DNA of 64,000 nucleotides from an uncultured Clostridia bacterium (GCA_947570215.1 CANOTO010000001.1:262735-326734); one strand, 5' to 3'. Numbered from the stretch's first letter, positions 33,183 to 43,655 are shown. The notes: generated from the sequence alone by a model not told the origin. Numbers and translations: made by a program.

Positions 33183-35441
33183 TTAGGATATCTTTGCCAC
33201 AAGCACCGTCATATCGTCGCGCGCCTTGTTGCCTACAAGCTTCAACGCTTTGTTCAAAATCACTTCCGCTATGCTTTGCGGAACGTTCAGCGATACGTTG
33301 GAGAAAACGCCCGCTATCGCTTCGGGGTCCTTGAAGCAATCCGCCACCCCGTCGGACATAAGCACTATCACGTCGCCGACGGTTAGCGCCTTTTTAGTAA
33401 CGGACGGCTTCATCTCGTCCAAAACCCCAAGCGGCAGGCTGCTGCCGGCGACGATTTCCACCTTATCTTGGCACTTGACAAGCCCTACCGAAGCGCCTAA
33501 CTTGATAAAATCCGTCAAGCCGTCGTACAAATCTATCGCCACTATATCCACCGCGCAAAATACTTCGTTACCGCTTGTCGTAAGCAATTTGTTAACGCAG
33601 GAAAGTATAATGTCGGAATCGAACCCCGCGCGGTAAAAGCTTTCCACCAAGCCTATAGAAGTTGCCGACATTTGCTCCGCCTTGTCGCCGCTGCCCATAC
33701 CGTCGCACAGCGCAACTATACATTTGCCGTTGTCCGTACGCAAAACCGAATGAGTATCGCCGGAGATTTCGTTACCGTCTTTAGCTACCGAACTTACGCC
33801 GAATGTCACGTTAAACCGCGGCTTAACAGATAGATATACGTTATCCCACGAAACGCTGTCGGTGTTTTCCACCTTGTCCACCGCCATATTCTGTTTTACG
33901 AGAGCGGATACGATTTTTTCTATGGCAGCATTGTCCACGTCCTTTTTGGCTACGGTGGCTACTACCATCAGCTTGTCCGCCTGCTGCGCCACAGTAGCCC
34001 CTACGCACATAATATTGTGAAACACCAACCGTTCCACAAGCTCTTTTTCTTTGTCACGGTTATAAAAGGTATTGTTTTTGCAGTCGGAAGCAAGTCGCAT
34101 AAGTAAGTCGGATACTCCGCCCATCTGTTCGCCCAATAGCGTTTTGCCGCTATCCGACTGTTCCGTACGCTCGGCGTATTCGCGATAGTTTGCCGCTTCG
34201 GCGTTTACTTCCTGCAAAATCGCCGACACTCTGTCACACTTGACGGAAAGCGTTTGCGGAACGTCCAATATGGTGCTCTTACCGCGTTTAACGGCGCAGG
34301 CAGTCAGTTTTAACAAACTCTGTTCGGTAGAAACCAATTCCTGACGCCAACACTTGGAACGCTCCGAGCAATCTCGGCACACCGTCTCGGAGCATTGCTT
34401 CACAATGGACGCTTCCGCCTGTTCGGTGGTAACTCGCCCCGCCGACATAGTATAAAAGGCGTTCTTCATAGACAGAAAAATATCCGACAAACGGTACAGC
34501 CTGCGTGATACCGTATCGCCGATTTTTTTCGCAACGCTCTTACCGAGATACCTGTCGGCGTTACCGGAGCTGTAATCGCGTACGTAATTATACACAGCCG
34601 TGGGTATCACTGCGAAAACCAACGCCGAAACGAATGACGGCACTATACCGAGCATCTCCGCCTGTCCGTGAAGTCCCATAAGGTATGTCATCAAAACGTC
34701 CACCACCAACACTGCCACGGACGAAAGATACCGACTGACCCTGTTGACGGTAATAACGGACAAAGCCGCGATTACGCAATATACGCAGCAATCGTACGCG
34801 CCCGTAGCCAAAATATTGCCCAAGCCGAACAAAATTGCCGAAACCAGCGCCGTTTCTTCGCCGAAGCAAACGCTGCAAAACAGTACCGCGAAGGTTGCCA
34901 CCAAATACACGGGCTCCACTCCCCAAAAGGACAGCTGCGACAGGCAGTAGGATACGGTAGCTGTAAACAGAGCTATACACACCCGTTCGTCTAACGCAGG
35001 TCGGTAGCAAAGTCCCCGAACGAACACGGCGCGGAAAACATAAATGGAAACGTAAGCAAACGCAATGCCCGTAACGCAATATAAAATTCTGTCAAACAGC
35101 GTAAAATAATCCACAAATTTGTAAACGCAATAAAATACGTTGGCAACGACAAGATACAGCAACAAATTGAGCTTGCCTATCTTGCGTTTGACAAGCAAAT
35201 GTATTCCCCAAAACAACAGCATTACCGCTGCGCGCACGCCTGCTTGCAGCAAGCTGCCCAGCCCGTAAGCCGCCGAGCTTGCCAAGTATACTACGGACGC
35301 AATTATCGGATTTGCCGAATACAGCGCGCCCACAAACAAACCGAAGGAAATCGCTCCGCCGAACACCCCGCCCGAGCTTACGGAAACGGCGACGTAGGTT
35401 ACGTACAAAAATATCGTTTTAGCAGACAGTCTGCGTTTCAT
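33183..35441 (-). CDS. spoIIE: Stage II sporulation protein E (PP2C phosphatase with a polytopic N-terminal domain)
   Basis: About 10 TM segments precede a PP2C domain with ALCDGMGSGDKAE and MSDGV. The start was set to the ATG at 35441, 7 nt after a G9 run that can serve as the SD. Confidence 0.9.
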   Translation of the reverse strand: MKRRLSAKTIFLYVTYVAVSVSSGGVFGGAISFGLFVGALYSANPIIASVVYLASSAAYGLGSLLQAGVRAAVMLLFWGIHLLVKRKIGKLNLLLYLVVANVFYCVYKFVDYFTLFDRILYCVTGIAFAYVSIYVFRAVFVRGLCYRPALDERVCIALFTATVSYCLSQLSFWGVEPVYLVATFAVLFCSVCFGEETALVSAILFGLGNILATGAYDCCVYCVIAALSVITVNRVSRYLSSVAVLVVDVLMTYLMGLHGQAEMLGIVPSFVSALVFAVIPTAVYNYVRDYSSGNADRYLGKSVAKKIGDTVSRRLYRLSDIFLSMKNAFYTMSAGRVTTEQAEASIVKQCSETVCRDCSERSKCWRQELVSTEQSLLKLTACAVKRGKSTILDVPQTLSVKCDRVSAILQEVNAEAANYREYAERTEQSDSGKTLLGEQMGGVSDLLMRLASDCKNNTFYNRDKEKELVERLVFHNIMCVGATVAQQADKLMVVATVAKKDVDNAAIEKIVSALVKQNMAVDKVENTDSVSWDNVYLSVKPRFNVTFGVSSVAKDGNEISGDTHSVLRTDNGKCIVALCDGMGSGDKAEQMSATSIGLVESFYRAGFDSDIILSCVNKLLTTSGNEVFCAVDIVAIDLYDGLTDFIKLGASVGLVKCQDKVEIVAGSSLPLGVLDEMKPSVTKKALTVGDVIVLMSDGVADCFKDPEAIAGVFSNVSLNVPQSIAEVILNKALKLVGNKARDDMTVLVAKIS

Positions 35442-35448
35442 TGCAGCA

Positions 35449-35457
35449 CCCCCCCCC
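35449..35457. repeat. Homopolymer C9 (+) / G9 (-) followed by A8
   Basis: Read directly: gcaCCCCCCCCCaaaaaaaa. Confidence 0.95.
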
Positions 35458-35559
35458 AAAAAAATAAGGTCTATATGCTATGCTACAACGTTTAACACCG
35501 CTTCTTTTGAAATCAATAGTCGCAAATTGTATTATTATGAAACAAATCTACGCGTAACG

Positions 35560-36063
35560 CTACATAACTTTGCACAGCAGACACGCCGCTATGCCGCCGA
35601 CCAAATTGCAAAATAACGCTATAGGAATGGCAAAACCGGTATGCTTGACCTTGGTTCCCGCAAAATACACGCTCGCCACGTAAAATACCGTTTCGCTGCT
35701 GCCGAAAATGCACGAAGCGCACCTACCCACGTAGCTGTCTACGCCGTACTGCTTGTACACGTCGGCAAGAACGGCAAGGCTGCCGCTACCCGTAAATGGA
35801 CGCAGCAGCATAAGCTGTACCACTTCCGTCGGCACCCCTACAAGACGGAAAGGCGGAGAAAGAAACCTCACCAAATAAATATCCAAACCGCTTGCCCTAA
35901 GACAATTAACCATAATAAACGTCGCCGCAAGATACGGAAATATCGACAAAGACAGGTCGAAAGACTTCTTCGCGCCCAATACGAAGCCGTCGTAGACGTT
36001 AACGCGTTTTATCAGTCCGTAAACAAGAACTGTTATTAAAAGTACGGGTACGACGTAATTCAT
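35560..36063 (-). CDS. spmB: Spore maturation protein B
   Basis: 167-aa polytopic nucleoside-recognition-type membrane protein. It overlaps spmA by 4 bp, the typical spmAB pair arrangement. Confidence 0.8.
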   Translation of the reverse strand: MNYVVPVLLITVLVYGLIKRVNVYDGFVLGAKKSFDLSLSIFPYLAATFIMVNCLRASGLDIYLVRFLSPPFRLVGVPTEVVQLMLLRPFTGSGSLAVLADVYKQYGVDSYVGRCASCIFGSSETVFYVASVYFAGTKVKHTGFAIPIALFCNLVGGIAACLLCKVM

Positions 36064-36617
36064 TTTTTCGCCCTACCGTAAGCGACGAATACAAGCGCGA
36101 TGCCTATGACCGACGTGATTGCGGTTGTTACAAGGTTTGGCAATATTATATCCGCAGGGTTTGCCGAACCGAGGGAAGCGCGCATTCCTATAACCGTTGT
36201 CGGAAGAAGCTGCACACTTGTTGCATTTACTACAAACAACATTACGCCCGAGCGGGATAAAGTTTCTCCCTTTTCCGTTTCGCGTATGGCGGAAATAGCG
36301 GACGGAGTTGCGGCGTTGCCTACTCCCAACAAATTAGAAGCAAGATTGAGCGATACGTAGCCTGCGGCGGCTTCGCTGATATTTCCGTACAGCCGTTTAT
36401 TAAGCGGTTTAAGAATCCGAGACAGTTTTTCCACCAAGCGGCAATTTTCCGCCACCTGAAAAACGCCCAGCCATACGCAATATACCGCACATAGCTCCAA
36501 CGCAGTTTTAAGCGCCTGCGACGAGCTATCCAAGCATACCGTCAGCACACTTTGCGGATCTAAGAATGTAAGCGCCGCAATTGCGGCGACAGTTACTACC
36601 GTCCACACAATATTCAT
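36060..36617 (-). CDS. spmA: Spore maturation protein A
   Basis: 185-aa membrane protein with ...LLGVGNAATPSAISAI... (Gate/nucleoside-recognition domain). Confidence 0.8.
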   Translation of the reverse strand: MNIVWTVVTVAAIAALTFLDPQSVLTVCLDSSSQALKTALELCAVYCVWLGVFQVAENCRLVEKLSRILKPLNKRLYGNISEAAAGYVSLNLASNLLGVGNAATPSAISAIRETEKGETLSRSGVMLFVVNATSVQLLPTTVIGMRASLGSANPADIILPNLVTTAITSVIGIALVFVAYGRAKK

Positions 36618-36730
36618 AGTGTATTGTATTGAACGCGCGTTGCAACTATTCGATAATTATCGTTGACTTTTGCCCGTATATTAGATAAAATAATACCGTA
36701 GACGTAATATGCGGCGTCTTGGGAGAATGA

Positions 36731-38719
36731 ATGAACAGCCGAAAACTTTTACTGCTATTTATATTGCTTCTGTTAACGGCGGCGTGCTTGACGCTTACTT
36801 CGTGCTACGAAGAGTGGACGGACGTGTCCGCCGAGCTACTGCAAATAGAAGGTGCGGAAATAAGCGATTACTCAACCGAAATAACGGTAGATAACGAGAC
36901 GTATTACATAAACTTCGGCGACAAAATTACCTGCCCCGACAGATACGAGTGGAAACTGTTTGACGGATACGGTTACGAACTGACAAATAAAACTGCGCCG
37001 ATTATGGACAACGGATACAATTATTTTATCGTTAAACTGTTTTACAACGGAACTGCAACAGAACACGTTTACACGGTAAAGGTGTTCCGCAATTATTACG
37101 CTTATATACGTTACTACGTAAACGACGATTTATTATCGAGCGAAGAAGCTATGACAAACACGCTTTACAACGTAAGCACGACTATCGTTCCGTCGAAGAA
37201 CGGGTACGAATTCGTCTGTTGGACGGATTACGACGGGAATACGGTAACTCAGCTTACGCCTACGCACAGCGTCCGTCTTTACGCGAAATTCCGCCCAAAA
37301 ACGTACGACTTTACGCTTGACGTTAACGGCGGAGACCCGTTGTCCGACAGCGTTGTGCCCGTAACCTACGATCAAAACTACAAATTACCCGTGCCTAAGC
37401 GCGAAGGCTACGACTTCGTTTGTTGGCAGGACGAACACGGCAACGCCTACACCGATAACGCGGGCAACAGCCTGAGAGCGTACAGCTACTACTTCAACCC
37501 GCAGCTTACGGCCAAATGGTCGGCAAAAAGCTACGACGTTACGGTAGACTGCGACGTAAGATTCGGCAGCGTTACGGGAAGCGGAACATATGAGTTCGGT
37601 TCCCAAGTGACCGTTACCGCAAGCAACGGCGGAAGTTATCCTTGGGCAGGTTGGTACGACGGAGACGACTTGGTTTCGACCGACGCGGAATATACGTTCA
37701 CAATGCCGTCGCACAACGTCAGCCTATACGCCAAATGGCGGGAATACCTGTTTACGGTCACGCGTCACGACGAAGGCGAACAGCAAGAAACGTTGTCAAG
37801 CAAAGAATACTCGGCGGGCGACGCGGTTACCGCAACGCGTTCAACGCGCGAACGAATTGTTACCAATACTTCCGTTACGCTGTTCGTTTGGCAAGGATGG
37901 TACGAATCCAACCGATTAATTACAACGGATAACGAATATCGATCGGTTATGCCCAACCGCAACATTAACGTTACCGAGCGTTGGACGAAATTAACTTTCG
38001 AAACGGAATCTCCGCAAATCACGCTGACATTGTCAGACGTAAACCCAGCAGTAGGGGACGAACTTACCGTTACCGCTACGTCGAACGGAAGTAATGCGCT
38101 TGCCTGGTATAAGGACGGGACAAAACTATCCGATAATCTGTCTGTCACTATCGCGGTAGACGATAAAAACGCAGAGTACTGCCTTTCTTCCGACGGATAC
38201 CGACTGAACGTTGCCGTTTCTAATTACAGCCAATTAAAATTTTCTATTAAACTGTACGGCGAAGATAAAGAATATGTCTTTAACGACGATCACTCTTTTT
38301 TTCTACAAAGCGGCACAGTAACTACCATTATTATAAAATACGAAGATATGTCGTATGACCGCGGAAATATTTTACTATGGAAAGGCTGGAAAAATGAAGA
38401 CCAATTGCTGACGACCGAATACGAGTATACGTTTGAAATGCCTGCGGAAAACGTATTTTTATACGGAAATGTAGAATATGGAATTTTTTCTATAGGGTCA
38501 CTCTTCCCAGAAAAACTTTCATTGCCGTACGGTTTATATAAATACGGCGAACAAGTTACGTTAACGGCTCCCAATGTCAACGGGTACGAATTTGTTGGTT
38601 GGCAGTATATTGATAACGCTACAGCCGAATCGATTAGGTTGACCGAAAACAACACGCTGATTATTTCTCTTATTCCGCAAAACGGAAGGTACTATGCGGA
38701 ATACCGCAAAATAAATTAG
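36731..38719 (+). CDS. Surface lipoprotein with multiple Listeria-Bacteroides (InlB B-type) repeats
   Basis: Lipobox LTLTSC. Repeats GYEFVCWTDYDGNTVTQL...LYAKFRPKTY, GYDFVCWQDEHGNAY...LTAKWSAKSY, WAGWYDGDDLV...LYAKW and GYEFVGWQY. Confidence 0.8.
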   Translation: MNSRKLLLLFILLLLTAACLTLTSCYEEWTDVSAELLQIEGAEISDYSTEITVDNETYYINFGDKITCPDRYEWKLFDGYGYELTNKTAPIMDNGYNYFIVKLFYNGTATEHVYTVKVFRNYYAYIRYYVNDDLLSSEEAMTNTLYNVSTTIVPSKNGYEFVCWTDYDGNTVTQLTPTHSVRLYAKFRPKTYDFTLDVNGGDPLSDSVVPVTYDQNYKLPVPKREGYDFVCWQDEHGNAYTDNAGNSLRAYSYYFNPQLTAKWSAKSYDVTVDCDVRFGSVTGSGTYEFGSQVTVTASNGGSYPWAGWYDGDDLVSTDAEYTFTMPSHNVSLYAKWREYLFTVTRHDEGEQQETLSSKEYSAGDAVTATRSTRERIVTNTSVTLFVWQGWYESNRLITTDNEYRSVMPNRNINVTERWTKLTFETESPQITLTLSDVNPAVGDELTVTATSNGSNALAWYKDGTKLSDNLSVTIAVDDKNAEYCLSSDGYRLNVAVSNYSQLKFSIKLYGEDKEYVFNDDHSFFLQSGTVTTIIIKYEDMSYDRGNILLWKGWKNEDQLLTTEYEYTFEMPAENVFLYGNVEYGIFSIGSLFPEKLSLPYGLYKYGEQVTLTAPNVNGYEFVGWQYIDNATAESIRLTENNTLIISLIPQNGRYYAEYRKIN

Positions 38720-38734
38720 CATTACCGCAAAACA

Positions 38735-38773
38735 GGGGGGCGGACGCATAGACGTCCGCCCCCTATTTTTTTT
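38735..38773 (+). terminator. Intrinsic terminator
   Basis: GGGGGGCGGACG-CATAGA-CGTCCGCCCCC followed by TATTTTTTTT. Confidence 0.8.
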
Positions 38774-38846
38774 GAAATATTTTGTAAAAAAGCGTCGCTG
38801 CAATTTTTTTATTCCGTCGCCGCTTTTTTATAGAATTTCAACGGCT

Positions 38847-39266
38847 TCAACCTTCCTTTACTTCGGAAAACACCGGCGTTACCCGTTTATTTTGCAAAAC
38901 GCCTTCCTGTACGTGTATTTCTTCCCGATGGGTAATGTTTCCGTCTGCGTCGAACTCATAAACGTCAACAGTATTCGCAGACGCGGCGCAGATTAACGTC
39001 CAACGTACGGTTACTCCTTTTTTACCCTGTTCGTAAGTGCCTTTGTGGGTAATGACGTTTTTGTCTTCGAAAATACGCGCGTCGAAATACTCTCTCGTTA
39101 CCGTGCCGTCTTCGTTAAAAACAAGATACTGCTCCTGCTGGAAGTCGCTTGTTACACTGCCGGGGTATCCGCCCGTAAGCTTGTAGGTTTTACCCGATAC
39201 GTTTACCTTGTTGCCGCAAGCGGCAAGGCGCATCACGCAACGGTAGAAATCAACAATATAATTCAA
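38847..39266 (-). CDS. Small hypothetical protein, possibly a lipoprotein with an atypical or damaged signal peptide
   Basis: TTG start. ...MRLAACGNK contains a lipobox-like LAAC, but the preceding segment is short and not very hydrophobic. Confidence 0.5.
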   Translation of the reverse strand: MNYIVDFYRCVMRLAACGNKVNVSGKTYKLTGGYPGSVTSDFQQEQYLVFNEDGTVTREYFDARIFEDKNVITHKGTYEQGKKGVTVRWTLICAASANTVDVYEFDADGNITHREEIHVQEGVLQNKRVTPVFSEVKEG

Positions 39267-39311
39267 AAAATCCTTTCACAAAATTTCTCCCTTTTTTGAT
39301 ATTTTTATTAT

Positions 39312-39320
39312 CCCCCCCCC
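39312..39320. repeat. Homopolymer C9 (+) / G9 (-)
   Basis: Read directly: ttatCCCCCCCCCggcaa. Confidence 0.95.
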
Positions 39321-39411
39321 GGCAAAGTTCAAGCAAATACAACACGTTTGCGAAATATTCTCGACGGCAAGGTCTGCACGGCGTACGGTTTTGCCAAATA
39401 ACTCCAAGCGG

Positions 39412-39440
39412 TTTACAAAAACGGGATAGGGTGCTAAAAT
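39412..39440 (+). promoter_or_regulatory. metG promoter
   Basis: TTTACA (39412-39417), 17 nt, TGcTAAAAT with TAAAAT at 39435-39440. Confidence 0.55.
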
Positions 39441-39488
39441 AATACTTACAATCGCGCGGTTTCATTAGCCGCACGAAAGGAGCAGATT

Positions 39489-41417
39489 ATGAACAAAAAA
39501 CCCTTCTATATTACTACCCCCATTTATTATTCCAGCGGCAGCTTCCATTTGGGACATTGCTATACCACCGTCATATGCGACGCGATAGCGCGCTTCAAGC
39601 GTATGGACGGATACGATGTGTTCTACCTTACGGGTACGGACGAACACGGGCAAAAGGTTCAGCAGCGCGCGGAAAAAGCGGGCGTTACGCCCAAGCAGTT
39701 TGTAGACAGACTGTACGAACAAATTACCGCTTTGTGGAAAAAACTGGATATAAGCTACGACAAATTTATACGCACTACCGACGAATATCACGAAAAAACG
39801 GTGCAAAAAATATACGAAAAATTACTTGCAAGCGGAGACATTTACAAGTCGGAATACGAAGGGCTTTACTGCACTCCCTGCGAAGCCTTTTGGACGGAAA
39901 GTCAGTTAAAAGACGGCAAATGCCCCGACTGCGGACGTCCCGTTATCAAACAAAAGGAAGAAAGTTACTTCTTCCGTCTGTCCAAGTACCAAGACCGCTT
40001 GATTAAATTCTATCAGGAAAATCCCGAATTTATAAGTCCGCGTTCGCGCATGAACGAAATGATAAACAACTTTATCAAGCCCGGACTTAAAGACCTGTGC
40101 ATATCCCGCACCACATTCGATTGGGGCGTAAAGCTGCCGTTCGATTCCAAGCATGTGGCGTACGTATGGGTGGACGCGCTAAGCAACTACATAACCGCCT
40201 TGGGATACCTTCAAGACGACCACTCGAAATTCGACAAGTATTGGCCTGCGGATCTGCATATGGTTGGCAAGGAAATAGTACGCTTCCATACCGTTATATG
40301 GCCGGCACTACTTATGGCGCTCGGTTTGCCGCTGCCCAAGAAGGTATACGGACACGGCTGGCTGCTGTTCGGCGACGACAAAATGAGCAAATCCAAGGGC
40401 AACGTCGTGGACCCGTTCTTCCTGGCAGACCGCTACGGAGTGGACGCGATACGTTACTTCCTGCTTCGTGAGATTCCCTTCGGAAGCGACGGCGCGTACA
40501 CGAACGAAGCGTTGTTGGTACGTACCAACGCCGATCTTGTAAACGACCTTGGCAACCTTGTAAGCCGCACTACGGCAATGATTACGCAGTACTTCGAAGG
40601 ACGTATTCCCGCGCCCAACGCTTATACGGAATTAGACAAGGAACTGATTAACCTGTGCGAAGCAACGCTTGACAAGGTGCGCAAGGATATGGACGGATTA
40701 TCCGCGCCGGACGCTTTGGCGGACATATTCAAGATTGTTCAGCGCGCAAACAAGTACATAGACGAGACTACGCCTTGGACTCTGAACAAGCAAGGGAACA
40801 CCGAACGCTTGGCAACTGTAATGTACGTGCTTGCCGAATGCATACGTTTTGCAGCGACGCTGTTAAAACCGTTTATAACCGCGACTTCAAACGTAATATT
40901 CGCAAAATTAGGCGTAAACAGTCCCGAAGATTTTGCGGAGATTACTAAATTCGGCGTATTGCAAGCGGGAACGAAGGTTGACAAAGGCGCGAACCTGTTC
41001 AACCGAATAGACGTGGAAAAGGAATTAAAAGCCTTAGACGAACTCGCCGAAAAGCAAAACTCGGACGCTAAAACGGAGCAAACTTCGCCAAGCGACATTA
41101 TAGACATAAACGACTTTGCAAAGGTGAAGCTTTGCACAGCAAAAGTGCTTTCCTGCGAAAAGGTTGCCAAAAGCGACAAACTGTTGGCATTCAAGTTGCA
41201 AGTCGGCGACGAAATACGACAAGTGGTAAGCGGAATAGCGCAATATTACCAACCGGAATATATGGTCGGCAAAACTGTAGTATTGGTTAAAAATCTCAAA
41301 CCCGCAAAAATACGCGGAGTAGAATCCAACGGTATGATTCTGTGCGCCGCAGACGGCAGGTCCGTCGTATTCGTAACGCCGGAAAAGGACATAGGCAGCG
41401 GCAAGGAAGTACGCTAA
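39489..41417 (+). CDS. metG: Methionine--tRNA ligase with a C-terminal tRNA-binding (EMAP/Trbp111-like) domain
   Basis: HLGH (SFHLGHCYT), KMSKS and a CxxC...CxxC knuckle. Confidence 0.95.
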   Translation: MNKKPFYITTPIYYSSGSFHLGHCYTTVICDAIARFKRMDGYDVFYLTGTDEHGQKVQQRAEKAGVTPKQFVDRLYEQITALWKKLDISYDKFIRTTDEYHEKTVQKIYEKLLASGDIYKSEYEGLYCTPCEAFWTESQLKDGKCPDCGRPVIKQKEESYFFRLSKYQDRLIKFYQENPEFISPRSRMNEMINNFIKPGLKDLCISRTTFDWGVKLPFDSKHVAYVWVDALSNYITALGYLQDDHSKFDKYWPADLHMVGKEIVRFHTVIWPALLMALGLPLPKKVYGHGWLLFGDDKMSKSKGNVVDPFFLADRYGVDAIRYFLLREIPFGSDGAYTNEALLVRTNADLVNDLGNLVSRTTAMITQYFEGRIPAPNAYTELDKELINLCEATLDKVRKDMDGLSAPDALADIFKIVQRANKYIDETTPWTLNKQGNTERLATVMYVLAECIRFAATLLKPFITATSNVIFAKLGVNSPEDFAEITKFGVLQAGTKVDKGANLFNRIDVEKELKALDELAEKQNSDAKTEQTSPSDIIDINDFAKVKLCTAKVLSCEKVAKSDKLLAFKLQVGDEIRQVVSGIAQYYQPEYMVGKTVVLVKNLKPAKIRGVESNGMILCAADGRSVVFVTPEKDIGSGKEVR

Positions 41418-42194
41418 ATGATAGACAGTCATTTGCACCTGGACGACGAAAAGCTGCGCGAACAGGCGGATACAATAATACGCAGTCTGCCAAAACACGG
41501 AATAGAGCTGATTATAAACAACAGCTGTAATTTCCAATCGATGGTTGACGGCGTAAAATTGGCGGACCGCTGCGACAGCGTATACGCAACGGTAGGAATG
41601 CATCCGCACGAAAGCCGCGACTTCGACGACGTGTTTCGAGCAACAATGAACGAGCTTGCACGAAACCCAAAGGTTGTAGCGGTAGGCGAAATAGGCTTGG
41701 ACTACTACTACGACCTGTCCGACAGACAAACTCAGCGAGACGTTTTCGCCGAACAAATAGAAATAGCCGACAAATTAGGCTTACCTGTAACTTTGCACGT
41801 GCGCGACGCATACGGCGACGCGGCAGACGTATTAAAAGCGCAAAAGCGATATCTCAACAACGGAGTACTGTGGCATTGCTATTCCGGCAGCGCGGAATTT
41901 GCCAAACAACGGGCAAAGGAAGGACACTACTTCGCTTTCGGCGGCGCTATTACCTTCAAAAATGCAAACAAGGCGGAAGTGTTAAACGCCGTACCCTTTG
42001 ATCGTATTCTGTCGGAAACGGACAGTCCTTATATGGCGCCCGTCCCGCTACGCGGAACGGTAAATACTCCGCTAAACATTCCGCTTGTTGTTGCGAAAAT
42101 AGCCGAGTTAACAGACAAAAGCGTTGCCGAAACGGAAGCGCAGATACGCGAAAACACCCTGCGCTTGTTTAGGAGAATACGGCGAAACGCATAA
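41418..42194 (+). CDS. tatD: TatD-family metal-dependent hydrolase
   Basis: MIDSHLHLD..., a GEIGLDYYY motif, and conserved linkage after metG. Confidence 0.9.
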   Translation: MIDSHLHLDDEKLREQADTIIRSLPKHGIELIINNSCNFQSMVDGVKLADRCDSVYATVGMHPHESRDFDDVFRATMNELARNPKVVAVGEIGLDYYYDLSDRQTQRDVFAEQIEIADKLGLPVTLHVRDAYGDAADVLKAQKRYLNNGVLWHCYSGSAEFAKQRAKEGHYFAFGGAITFKNANKAEVLNAVPFDRILSETDSPYMAPVPLRGTVNTPLNIPLVVAKIAELTDKSVAETEAQIRENTLRLFRRIRRNA

Positions 42195-42323
42195 ACCGTT
42201 AGGTTAAAAAGTTTCTCTGCACACGTCCGATAAAACTATTCGGCGCAAATTGTCGGTTTAGTAGGATTGACAGAGATTACGCATTACGCGTTGAGCCTTG
42301 CGCATTATAAAGGAACAATAAAT

Positions 42324-42923
42324 ATGGAAAATAATATTTACGTTTATACTCTCGGAAATAAAATTTATATCAACCTTACAAACCGCTGCTCCAACAGCTG
42401 CGACTTCTGCATTCGCCGCGACCACAAGGATATGGACGGTCAGGTACTGTGGATAAACGACGAGCCTACGGTTGAAGACGTTATCGAACAGCTTCCAGAA
42501 AATTTGGACGACTACGACAACGAAATAGTTTTTTGCGGATACGGCGAGCCGACTTATAATCTCGAAACGTTGGACGAAGTGGCAAGCTATCTGCATTGCA
42601 TAGACAAGACCACCCGCATAAACACAAACGGGCAAGCCAACCTTATACACGGACAGGACGTAACGGACGTTATTGTAACAAGCTGCGACGTAATAAACGT
42701 GTCGCTGAACGAATGCACCGCCGCTAAATACCAACAGCATTGCAGAAGCAAATTCGGCGAAAAAGCGTACGACGCGCTGATAGAATTTGCAAAGCTGTGC
42801 AAACAGCGCGGCGGCAACGTTGTGTTTTCCGTAGTAGACAGTATAGGCGAAGCGGACGTTGAAGAATGTAAAAAACTTTCCGACAAGCTGGGTATTCCGC
42901 TAAGAATCCGCATAAAGAAATGA
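42324..42923 (+). CDS. Radical SAM protein of the TatD-associated type
   Basis: The CSNSCDFC (CxxxCxxC) cluster is near the N-terminus. The start was trimmed to the ATG at 42324, which follows AAGGAA. Confidence 0.75.
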   Translation: MENNIYVYTLGNKIYINLTNRCSNSCDFCIRRDHKDMDGQVLWINDEPTVEDVIEQLPENLDDYDNEIVFCGYGEPTYNLETLDEVASYLHCIDKTTRINTNGQANLIHGQDVTDVIVTSCDVINVSLNECTAAKYQQHCRSKFGEKAYDALIEFAKLCKQRGGNVVFSVVDSIGEADVEECKKLSDKLGIPLRIRIKK

Positions 42924-43564
42924 ACGAAAATTACGATATTTTATTCGAGCGATATAAAAGCGACATAGACGCCGACAATCCGCCCAAACTACTGCTGCAC
43001 GCCTGCTGCGCGCCCTGTTCGACATACTGCTTAACCCGCGTATTGGACAAATTCGACGTTACGCTGTACTACAGCAACGACAACATAACAAACGGGGCGG
43101 AATGGCAGAAACGCTTGCATGAGCTGGAAAAGCTTGTATCGATTGTAAACGAGCAACGCTTCGAAACGAGGCCGCTGCGCCAGTTAAAGCTGATTGTAAG
43201 CCCGTTTGACGCGGAAAAGTTTTTTGCCGCCGTTATCGGACAGGAACAGGAACGCGAAGGGGGCGCAAGATGCGTAACATGCTTCAACCTGCGTTTGGCG
43301 GATACGGTGAAATACGCCGCGGATAACGGCTTCGGGCTGTTCGGCACTACGCTTAGCATTTCACCCTACAAAAACAGCAGACTGCTAAACGAAACAGGCG
43401 CGTCGCTGCAAACGGATACGGTAAAATGGCTGCCCGCCGACTTCAAAAAACGCGGCGGATACCTTGACAGCGTACGCCTGTCGCAAAAATACGGACTGTA
43501 CCGCCAACACTACTGCGGCTGTGAGTTTTCGCTCAAACAAATGCAGTCAGACAATAAATATTAA
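42920..43564 (+). CDS. queH: Epoxyqueuosine reductase QueH (DUF208 family)
   Basis: LLLHACCAPCSTYCL and HYCGCEFS motifs. 4-bp overlap with the upstream gene. Confidence 0.85.
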   Translation: MNENYDILFERYKSDIDADNPPKLLLHACCAPCSTYCLTRVLDKFDVTLYYSNDNITNGAEWQKRLHELEKLVSIVNEQRFETRPLRQLKLIVSPFDAEKFFAAVIGQEQEREGGARCVTCFNLRLADTVKYAADNGFGLFGTTLSISPYKNSRLLNETGASLQTDTVKWLPADFKKRGGYLDSVRLSQKYGLYRQHYCGCEFSLKQMQSDNKY

Positions 43565-43570
43565 ATTAGA

Positions 43571-43598
43571 GCGGTTTGCTTCTTAAAAAGCAAACCGC
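43571..43598. terminator. Hairpin terminator after queH
   Basis: GCGGTTTGCTT-CTTAAA-AAGCAAACCGC followed by TTTG. Confidence 0.6.
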
Positions 43599-43655
43599 TT
43601 TGATTATCGTTACCTGCAACAACATAAGCGCCGCGCCTTGTTTGCGCGAAAGCCG

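Noticed and set aside
35449-35457. The third G9 tract, just upstream of spoIIE, as a phase-variation switch.
   Set aside because: It lies 7 nt before the ATG, where it simply serves as a G-rich Shine-Dalgarno sequence. Phase-variable control of an essential sporulation phosphatase is implausible. It is kept only as part of the three-tract observation.
39267-39488. T-box leader upstream of metG, and likewise upstream of argS at 50788-50844.
   Set aside because: No T-box consensus (AGGGTGGNACCGCG-like) or specifier-loop architecture is present. The argS gap is only 57 bp.
41034-41756. 240-aa - strand ORF spanning the metG/tatD junction.
   Set aside because: It is antisense to two strongly supported genes, has no RBS, and has repetitive Val/Tyr/Phe-rich composition typical of shadow frames.
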